Source of the DNA: an uncultured Gammaproteobacteria bacterium
GTDB lineage: Bacteria > Pseudomonadota > Gammaproteobacteria > Steroidobacterales > Steroidobacteraceae
DNA: 64,000 nucleotides
Direction of reading: 5' to 3'
Assembly (NCBI GenBank): GCA_963730565.1
Contig: CAVSSU010000007.1
Coordinates: 4,170-68,169, forward strand
In this document: positions 56,766-64,000 of the stretch, in pieces
Numbering within the stretch: the stretch's first letter is position 1
Layout of the letters: each line of letters starts with the position of its first letter
Program-made: the position numbers and the translations under genes
The notes under the pieces: model-generated
What the model was told of the DNA's origin: nothing
What the model saw: only the letters and a program-made list of their open reading frames with translations
Database searches by the model: none

Positions 56766-58015
56766 TCATATCACCTTCTTCTCGCGCAGCGCACCGATCT
56801 CGTCGGTCTTGTAACCGAGCTCGGCCAGCACTTCATCGGTATGCTCGCCGAGCAGCGGCGAGCGCGTGACCTCCGTCGGACTCTCGCTCAGCTTGATCGG
56901 ATTGCCGACCGTCAGGTACTTGCCGCGCTTCGGATGATCGACCTCGACCACCGTGCCCGTCTTGCGCAGCGAGGGCTCGTGGGCCAGTTCCTCCATCGAG
57001 AGGATCGGGCCGCAGGGGATGTCGTGCTCGTTGAGCAGTTCCATCGCCTCGAATTTGGTCTTGGTGACGGTCCACTCCTCGACCGCCCCGAATATCTCCT
57101 TCAGCCGCGGCAGGCGGGCATCCGGCGTGGCGTAGTCCGGCATCGGTGATCCACTGCCTCCTTGCCGATCACCCGGCAGATCTCCTTCCACACCGGCGCC
57201 TGCGCGATGAAATACAGATAGGCGTTCGGGTCGGTCTCCCAGCCCTTGCACTTCACGATCGTGCCGGGCTGTCCGCCGCCGGAGGCGTTCGCGGCGCGCG
57301 GCACGGCGCTGCCGAACTTGCCGTGCGGGTATTGCGGATACTCCTTCATCACCTTGGTGCGTTCCAGCCGCTGCTGATCGCGCAGCTTGACGCGGCAAAG
57401 ATTCAGCACGCCGTCCTGCATGGCCGCGAGCACTTTTTGTCCCTTGCCGGTCGATTTGCGCTGATAAAGCGCGGTCACGATGCCGAGCGCCAGGTGCAGC
57501 CCGGTGCCCGAGTCGCCGATCTGCGCGCCGGTGACCAGCGGCGGGCCGTCGTCGAATCCCGTGGTCGATGCCGAACCGCCCGCGCACTGCGCGACGTTTT
57601 CATAGACCTTGCAATCCTCGTACGGCCCGGGCCCGAATCCCTTGACGGATGCGACGATCATGCTCGGATTCAACTCCTGAATACGCTCCCAGGTGAATCC
57701 CATGCGATCGAGCGCACCCGGAGCGAAATTCTCCACCAGCACGTCGCAGTGCTTGACCAGCTTTTCGAGCACCCGTTTGCCCTGCTCGCTCTTGGTATCG
57801 AGCGTCACCGAGCGCTTGTTGTGGTTCAGCATGGTGAAATACAGGCTGTCGACGCCGGGAATGTCGCGCAGCTGCTCGCGCGTGACATCCCCGCTTCCCG
57901 CCTTCTCGACCTTGATCACATCGGCGCCGAACCACGCGAGGAGCTGCGTGCACGTGGGGCCCGACTGCACATGCGTGAAGTCGAGAATCTTTACCCCGCT
58001 TAGCGCTTTTTCCAT
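56766..58015 (-). pseudogene. frc: formyl-CoA:oxalate CoA-transferase (family III CoA-transferase), two extra bases 16 nt apart
   Basis: [37 protein letters not shown]...VIGKE in one frame. QWITD is in the next frame. [17 protein letters not shown]...[13 protein letters not shown] is in the third. The extra bases are at about 57157 and 57141. Repaired length is 415 aa. Confidence 0.85.
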
Positions 58016-58042
58016 GGATGAATACCCGTCAATCGTTCCGGT

Positions 58043-59803
58043 TTACTTGTACATCGTCTGGTTCTTGGTGCCCGGCGCGTACTCGCGCGGGTCGACCCAG
58101 ATGTTGATCACGGCTGATCGGCGGAGCTTGTGCACGGATTCCCGCGCCCGCTGCAAGGCCGGCGCTATCTGTGCCGGATCGCGCACCTCCTCGCCATATC
58201 CGCCCAGCATCTCGGCGAATTTGCCGAACGGCACATCGCCCAGGAGATTGCCGACGTTGCCGCGGTGCTCGCCGTACTTGGCGAGCTGTCCGTAGCGGAT
58301 CTGGTTCATGGCCGAGTTATTGCCGATGACCGCGATGTACGGCACGCCGAACCGGTTGGCCGTCTCCATGTCGAACGCGGTCATGCCGAACGAGCCGTCC
58401 CCGTAGTAGCAAAGGATTTCCTTCGAAGGATTCGCAAGACCCGCCGCAATCGCGAAGCCCGTGCCGACGCCGAGCGAGCCGAGCGCGCCCGGATCCATCC
58501 ATTGTCCCGGCCGCCGCGGTCGCACCGCCTGCGCCGAGATGGTCACTACGTCGCCGCCGTCGCCGATGTACACCGTGTTGTCCGCCAGGAATTCGTTGAG
58601 TTCCCACGCGACCCGGTACGGATGAATCGGCACGCTGTTGGACTTGAACAGCGGCATCAGCTTCTCGGTCGCGACGGCCTCCGCCTGCGACAGCTCCTTC
58701 AGCCATTGCTGGCGCAGCTGGCGCTTGTCGCCCTTGATCCGTCCGCTGGCAGCCTGCAATACGGCGCCGAGGATGGCGCCCGGGTCGCCCACCAGCCCCA
58801 GGTCGATGTCGCGATTCTTGCCGACAGTGCGGTAGTCCATGTCGATTTGCACCAGCTTGATGTCCTTGCTGATGCGCTTGCCGTATCCCATGCGAAAATC
58901 GAAGGGTGTTCCGACGATCACGAGCACGTCCGCCTTGGCAAAGGCCTGCGAGCGGGTCCGGTCGAAATGATGCGGATCTCCGGGCGGCAGGAGGCCGCGG
59001 CTCGCGCCGTTGAAATAGCCGGGGATGTCGAGGCCCCGAAGCAACGCGATGGCTTCGTTCTGGCCGCGAGCGGTCCAAACCTGCTGACCATATAGAATCG
59101 CCGGGCGTTCGGCATTGACTAGAAGGTCGGCGAGCTTTTCAATGTCTTTTGGGTCCCCGACCGAATGGGTGGATGCCCGGTACTTCCCGGGCTGCGGAAT
59201 CACTGCCTTGGCAAGGTCCACCTCGCGATCCAGTACGTCCCGTGGAATCTCGAGATACACGGGTCCGGGCGCGCCGTTGAATGCCTCGCGTACCGCCATC
59301 GACACCATGTCCGCCACCCGCTCGGTGCTTGGCACCGTGGCGGCGAATTTGGTGATGGGCGTCATCATGTCCACGTGCGGAAGGTCCTGCAGCGAACCCA
59401 TTTTGTGCTGCGAAAGAGCACCTTGTCCGCCGATGTGAAGCACGGGGCTCTCGGAACGGAATGCGGTCGCGATCCCGGTCACTGCGTTGGTGCACCCCGG
59501 GCCGGCGGTGGTCACCACGCAACCCAGCTTGCCCGTCTGGCGCGCGTAGCCGTCGGCGGCGTGTGCGGCGACCTGCTCGTGGCGCACGTCGATGATACGG
59601 ATGCCCTCGTCGACGCACCCATCGTAGATGTCGATGATGTGGCCGCCGCAGAGCGTGAAGATCGTATCGACCCCTTCGTTCTTCAGTGCCTTCGCCACCA
59701 AATGGCCGCCCGATACGACGCCTGCGTCGCGGCTCTTTCGCTGCAGGGTGTCGTCCGCGGTCGTGGACTTCGATTCCGCCGCAGCGGGATTAGCGGTTGC
59801 CAT
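58043..59803 (-). CDS. oxc: oxalyl-CoA decarboxylase (ThDP-dependent)
   Basis: 586 aa. Motifs GVDTIFTLCGGHI, CVVTTAGPGCTNAVTGIA and the ThDP motif IGDGGD...GDGSFGM...NN. Confidence 0.9.
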   Translation of the reverse strand: MATANPAAAESKSTTADDTLQRKSRDAGVVSGGHLVAKALKNEGVDTIFTLCGGHIIDIYDGCVDEGIRIIDVRHEQVAAHAADGYARQTGKLGCVVTTAGPGCTNAVTGIATAFRSESPVLHIGGQGALSQHKMGSLQDLPHVDMMTPITKFAATVPSTERVADMVSMAVREAFNGAPGPVYLEIPRDVLDREVDLAKAVIPQPGKYRASTHSVGDPKDIEKLADLLVNAERPAILYGQQVWTARGQNEAIALLRGLDIPGYFNGASRGLLPPGDPHHFDRTRSQAFAKADVLVIVGTPFDFRMGYGKRISKDIKLVQIDMDYRTVGKNRDIDLGLVGDPGAILGAVLQAASGRIKGDKRQLRQQWLKELSQAEAVATEKLMPLFKSNSVPIHPYRVAWELNEFLADNTVYIGDGGDVVTISAQAVRPRRPGQWMDPGALGSLGVGTGFAIAAGLANPSKEILCYYGDGSFGMTAFDMETANRFGVPYIAVIGNNSAMNQIRYGQLAKYGEHRGNVGNLLGDVPFGKFAEMLGGYGEEVRDPAQIAPALQRARESVHKLRRSAVINIWVDPREYAPGTKNQTMYK

Positions 59804-59940
59804 GTTTGCCTCCAGTTAGACAGTCAGTTGGGCCGCCCGATGGGGACAGCACGTCGAGTGTGAAATGTTCATCGGCGTGCCAGCCGGACGCCGCTCGGTT
59901 CTTGCGGCCCTTGACGAAATGCGGGCTCTCGGTTTCGTTG

Positions 59941-61272
59941 TCACGCGCGGCGCCCGACCGCCTCGAGCGCGCTGGCGGAGGGAGCATCGTTGCTCGCGGC
60001 CATGAGCTTGCCCCGCATTGGCTTGAGCACGAACAAAGCCAAAGCGACCACGACAAAATTGATTACGGCGGTTACCGCAAAGACGGCGTGCCAGCTGCCG
60101 GTTGATGCCTTTATCACATTGGCGACCGGCACCAGGAACGCCGAAGTCCCCTTCGCCGTGTAGAGGAGGCTTAGATTGACTGTGGCGAATTTCGCTCCAA
60201 AGCTATCGGTGCAGGTGGAGGGAAACAGGCTGAAGATCTCACCCCATGTCAGAAAGATCAAAGCGGCGAAAAGCACGAACGCCCATGGCGCGGTTCCCAG
60301 CGAGCCCAATAGCCAATAAGCAACTCCACCCAAGCCGAACGCGATAGCCATCGTGTATTCACGGCCAATGTGATCGGAGATCCAGCCGAACAAGGGACGT
60401 GCCGCACCGTTGGCGAGATTGTCTATGATGAGCGCAGCCGTCAGCGTCGTCGCACCGAAGAACACAATCGTGTTCCCAACATTGAAGTCTTTCGCAATCG
60501 GCGCGATTTGGGCGGTCGCCATTAGGCCGCTGGCCGACACCAAAACAAACATTAGGTATAGCAGCCAGAACACCGGGGTCATGAGCACCTCTTTTGGCGT
60601 AAAGCTGCGTACAGACTGAGTCAACTTCGGCGCGGACACGGCGGAAAGCTCGCCGGGTTCCGGTCCCCGCAGAAACCAGGACAGAAGAAACACAACCCCG
60701 CCTTGGAGGAGTCCGAACCACAGGAACGCCGATTCATAGCCGTAGGTGTCGATGACGTGGCGAATGGGAATGACGGTGAGCGCGGCGCCAGCACCATATC
60801 CCGCAGCGGTAAGGCCCACCGCAAGGCCGCGCCGGTCGGGAAACCACTTCACCGCCATACCGACGCTAGTCGCGTAAATCGCACCGCCGCCTATGCCCGA
60901 GATCACGCTGCCGAGATAAAGCATCGACAAGGTGCTGGCATGCGCATCGATGGCCCAGCCCGTAGCGACCAAGATGCCGCCAAAGGCGACGACGAGCTTT
61001 GGCCCCCGCTGCGGGCCGAGCACGTCGACAATCCATCCCTCGATCGGCGTAAGCCACGTCTCGAGAGCGATGAAAATCGAGAACGCGACCTGAATCGAAG
61101 CGATCGTCCAGCCGTGCACCTTATTGATTGGATTGACGAAAAGCGTCCAGCCATACTGCAGATTGGCAATCATCATCATGCAGATGATGACGAACAGGAG
61201 ATTGATCCAGCGCGCCGATCCCGACACGCCTCCTCGGGACGTGATTGCATTGTTACTAGAGGTCGCGTTCAT
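59941..61272 (-). CDS. oxlT: MFS oxalate/formate antiporter (OFA family)
   Basis: Start at MNATSS with AAGGA upstream. OFA-type N-terminus INLLFVIICMMMIANLQYGWTLFVNPI. 12 TM segments. Confidence 0.8.
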   Translation of the reverse strand: MNATSSNNAITSRGGVSGSARWINLLFVIICMMMIANLQYGWTLFVNPINKVHGWTIASIQVAFSIFIALETWLTPIEGWIVDVLGPQRGPKLVVAFGGILVATGWAIDAHASTLSMLYLGSVISGIGGGAIYATSVGMAVKWFPDRRGLAVGLTAAGYGAGAALTVIPIRHVIDTYGYESAFLWFGLLQGGVVFLLSWFLRGPEPGELSAVSAPKLTQSVRSFTPKEVLMTPVFWLLYLMFVLVSASGLMATAQIAPIAKDFNVGNTIVFFGATTLTAALIIDNLANGAARPLFGWISDHIGREYTMAIAFGLGGVAYWLLGSLGTAPWAFVLFAALIFLTWGEIFSLFPSTCTDSFGAKFATVNLSLLYTAKGTSAFLVPVANVIKASTGSWHAVFAVTAVINFVVVALALFVLKPMRGKLMAASNDAPSASALEAVGRRA

Positions 61273-61481
61273 CTCGTTTTCCTTATTTGCACGTGTGACC
61301 AATCGCGCACAGCAAGGGAAGGCCGCAGATCGATGAATGCAAAATGGATACCGCTGGAACTTTCCAGACGTTCGGCGTTCAGCCGCAACAGCGAATGTGC
61401 GAAGCCTCGCCCCACCGTTTGCCCCCAAAATATGCCCCCGCGCCATCTCGGGGACATCGCCAGCCAATGAGTCTTATTTCG

Positions 61482-61491
61482 TGGTATACCA
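61482..61491. promoter_or_regulatory. perfect 10-bp palindrome TGGTATACCA, candidate GntR/FadR-type operator
   Basis: Read directly. It lies in the 459-bp oxlT/gntR divergent intergenic region. It matches the generic GntR-family half-site pattern GT-N-AC. Confidence 0.35.
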
Positions 61492-61731
61492 TATATGAAC
61501 AGTTTTTAAGCTGTCAACTAAGGGAAGGATTAACGTGATGGGCGGGCAGGGGCCTCGACGGGAGGTCTGGCCACCCGATTGTTCGGGGATACCCTTAAGT
61601 TCACCTGCTGACTGCACCCGAAATGGCAGTATGATATATCTGGGATGGCCAGCTTCCAGCGCCGGTTGCCCGCCGTGGCGGCACCGCGGTCTGCCTCCGG
61701 CAGGGAGCGCCGTTAAACTCCGAGGGATCAG

Positions 61732-62451
61732 ATGAACAGCATTGCCAAATTGGTTCAGCGCGCCGCACCCGCTGCGCCGCTCAGCTTGAGCCCGTTGAAC
61801 GCCAGGAGCCTGCGCGATCAGGCCTACGCCCTGCTGAAGAATGCGATCGCCGACACCGACATCTACGATCCTGCCCAGGAGCTGCGCCTCGATGAGCGCC
61901 AGTTGACCGCCGCGCTGGGTGTGAGCCGCACCCCCATCCGCGAAGCACTGTCGTTGCTCGAGCAGGAAGGCTTCATCAAGACCGTGCCCCGCCGCGGCAT
62001 CTACATCATTCGAAAATCCAAGCGCGAGATCATCGAGATGATCCAGATGTGGGCCGCGCTCGAATCGATGGCGGCCCGCCTTGCGACGCTGCATGCAACG
62101 GATGCGGAAATCGCCAAGTTGAGGCACCTTTTCGATGAATTCCAGAACTCGCCGCCGTCCGAGCACTTGTGCGAGTACTCGGACGCCAACATCGCTTTTC
62201 ATACCGCCGTCATCGCCCTCGGCGGATCACAGGCCTTGGTCGACGCCACACGCAATCTTTTGATTCACGTGCGCGCCATTCGCCGCGCAACCATCGCCCA
62301 GGACAATCGCGCCGAACGATCGATCGTCGATCATTTGAAAATCATCGAGGCGCTCGAGAAGCGGGATACGGAATTGGCCGAGCGTCTCGCGCGCCAGCAC
62401 ACCTTGGACCTCGCGGAGCACGTCAACCGGCATTGCGATTTTTTGGGATGA
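61732..62451 (+). CDS. GntR-family transcriptional regulator with FCD ligand domain
   Basis: wHTH ERQLTAALGVSRTPIREALSLLEQEGFIKTVPRRG, plus an FCD-like C-terminus (FHTAVIALGGS...DHLKIIEALEKRD). Confidence 0.85.
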   Translation: MNSIAKLVQRAAPAAPLSLSPLNARSLRDQAYALLKNAIADTDIYDPAQELRLDERQLTAALGVSRTPIREALSLLEQEGFIKTVPRRGIYIIRKSKREIIEMIQMWAALESMAARLATLHATDAEIAKLRHLFDEFQNSPPSEHLCEYSDANIAFHTAVIALGGSQALVDATRNLLIHVRAIRRATIAQDNRAERSIVDHLKIIEALEKRDTELAERLARQHTLDLAEHVNRHCDFLG

Positions 62452-62454
62452 CCC

Positions 62455-62473
62455 GCGCCGCCCGGCGCGGCGC
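62455..62473. terminator. GC hairpin (GCGCCGC-CCGGC-GCGGCGC) between convergent gntR and the P-loop gene
   Basis: The inverted repeat is read directly. There are no clear T-runs. Confidence 0.35.
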
Positions 62474-62487
62474 TTGACGCGGGCGGT

Positions 62488-64000
62488 TCAGTCCGCCCGT
62501 TGGCCCCACACGCCCAGCGTGGGCATCGTGCCCTCGTCACGGGGGGAGCCGGCCTCGTAAGGTCTCAAGTACCGCGGGCCGCCGGCGCACAAACGGCCCT
62601 CCAACGCCGCGGGCGCCACCGCTCCGAGGCCGGCGCGCGTATCCGGGTCTGCCAGCGCCGTCTGTAGCGCATCCGGATCCACCCAGGTCGGAGCTCCGGA
62701 TTCGATCCGCAAATAGATTCTACCGGTCTGTTGCGAGGCGAAATTGGCGCACCGAAATCCCTCGACGCAGCGCCTCAGGAACCCGACGTTGCGCTCCGCC
62801 GCGAGCGACCGCGGGTCCCGGTACAGCTCTTCGGGCGATGCGGCATCGACGAATACCCGCCCGTAGCGATCGATATCGATCATCTTCTTCACGTCCAAAA
62901 TATGCACGGAGTCGTTGTCGCCGAACACTGCGGTGCGCGGGCGCTCGCCGAGCGCCACCGAGTTGTCCAGGAATTCGAAGCGGATCTGCTTGTCGCTGCG
63001 ATGCACCCAGGTGAAGAACACGTTGGGAATGCCCGTATAGGCGTCGACCGCGTGCGCCAGGGTATCGTCAACCGCCTTGTAGCGGCCGAACTCGAGGCCG
63101 CGCTTCCACGCGCGCTCGACCAGCTGTTCCGGTGGCGTGATCATGAAGAACAGGTAGACGGTTTGGCCGAAGCGGGTGAGCAGGTTGCTGCCCTCCTCGT
63201 CCGAATCCGGCGCGAAACTGTCGAAGCGAAACCGGTCGATGAGCAGATGAGACATGTTGCCGGCGGTGTGCTTTCGGGCCATGTAGCGATCGAGCTTGCG
63301 GTCGACGATCTGCAGCTCTTCCGCGGTGAACGCGCCCGCGTACTTGTAGGCGGCGCCGAGGGAGCCGTAGTCCAGCAGCTGCTTGCGCCAGATATCGGGG
63401 CTGATCAGGGCGAAGTCGCTCCAGTTGACCCCGATATCGCCCGCGAGCTTCTTCTGCAGCAGACGCAGCGTGCTCTTGCCGGACGCCGACGCTCCCTTGG
63501 TATTGATGACCACGGGCCGATCCTGACGCGGCAGCAATCCGTAGCCCTCGACTGCGGCCGCGCGCCTGAGCAGGGGCTCGATGCTCCGGCCGACCGCATC
63601 GCTCCCATACGCGTTGCACGCCAGATCGCGCGCAAGCGGCACGATCAGATCCCGGGTGCCCCACGTGCAACCGTGCGTGGCGAACAACGCCGAGAGGACC
63701 TTCGCGAGGGTGCCATAAGCGAGCCGCTGCAGCGGTTCGGATGCGCCGTTCGCCCGCCGTTCGCATTCCGCGATGTGGCCCGCGTCCCAGCTGAAATCCG
63801 AGGACGCGGGAGACCCCGCCCGGCGCCGGGGCTTCCAGAATACGAACCGGCGCTTTGCCGCGCCGGCGTCCACCGGCAGCTGGGTTCCACGCACCACGTC
63901 GGTCAGTGCGGCGTCGATCGCGGCGGCGACCTCGCGACGCGCATCCTCGAAGGCCGCGGTGATCGCGCGCATCTCGGGCTCGAGATAGGTGGTCAGGATT
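62488..64000 (-). CDS. large P-loop NTPase/kinase-like hypothetical protein (zeta-toxin/AAA-kinase-like core), probably 5'-truncated by window edge
   Basis: Walker A INTKGASASGKST in the middle of an ORF of at least 494 aa. The ORF stays open to the window end. No other recognisable motif. Confidence 0.5.
   Translation of the reverse strand, partial: ILTTYLEPEMRAITAAFEDARREVAAAIDAALTDVVRGTQLPVDAGAAKRRFVFWKPRRRAGSPASSDFSWDAGHIAECERRANGASEPLQRLAYGTLAKVLSALFATHGCTWGTRDLIVPLARDLACNAYGSDAVGRSIEPLLRRAAAVEGYGLLPRQDRPVVINTKGASASGKSTLRLLQKKLAGDIGVNWSDFALISPDIWRKQLLDYGSLGAAYKYAGAFTAEELQIVDRKLDRYMARKHTAGNMSHLLIDRFRFDSFAPDSDEEGSNLLTRFGQTVYLFFMITPPEQLVERAWKRGLEFGRYKAVDDTLAHAVDAYTGIPNVFFTWVHRSDKQIRFEFLDNSVALGERPRTAVFGDNDSVHILDVKKMIDIDRYGRVFVDAASPEELYRDPRSLAAERNVGFLRRCVEGFRCANFASQQTGRIYLRIESGAPTWVDPDALQTALADPDTRAGLGAVAPAALEGRLCAGGPRYLRPYEAGSPRDEGTMPTLGVWGQRAD

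Overview
High-GC (~65%) proteobacterial chromosomal segment, densely coding. I found no rRNA, tRNA, CRISPR array, transposase or integrase. All calls come from reading the supplied ORF translations and the DNA by eye. No database search was run.

Layout:
- (1) 5-10609: type IV pilus minor-pilin/tip-adhesin locus with two PilY1 paralogues. One has a vWA-type head. The other has an N-terminal region that looks like an L-type (ConA/legume) lectin. Each is followed by its own PilE-like pilin.
- (2) 10648-13856: a Gly/His/Tyr-rich secreted protein next to a TonB-dependent receptor.
- (3) 14023-18742: an archaic (Csu/SCPU-type) chaperone-usher fimbrial cluster.
- (4) 19-31 kb: mixed housekeeping and transport genes (amidohydrolase, Cys/Met PLP enzyme, ZIP, EamA, Mpg, MmuM, crotonase, YXWGXW lipoprotein, MFS, DUF3014-like, double retropepsin-like protease).
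- (5) 31.6-62.5 kb: a large oxalate/formate (C2/C1) assimilation supercluster. It contains fdsGBA-D, fhs, a stand-alone 10-formyl-THF-dehydrogenase-N-terminal-like formyltransferase, sga-hprA-mtdA-fch, gckA, sucCD, two PanE-like reductases (oxalyl-CoA reductase candidates), frc-oxc-oxlT and a GntR/FCD regulator. An ECF sigma / ankyrin anti-sigma module sits inside it.

The most striking sequence-level signal is about 19 single-nucleotide frame disruptions, mostly insertions, confined to fdsA (2) and the 53.4-57.2 kb stretch (panE-like, two BON genes, a porin with about 12, frc with 2). Neighbouring genes are intact. This is either a local consensus-quality problem or decay of the oxalate/formate axis.

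Other notable items are a 108-bp element with perfect 27-bp inverted arms between sucD and gckA, an 18-bp tandem duplication of a coupled stop/start junction at pilE, and a perfect TGGTATACCA palindrome in the oxlT/gntR intergenic region.
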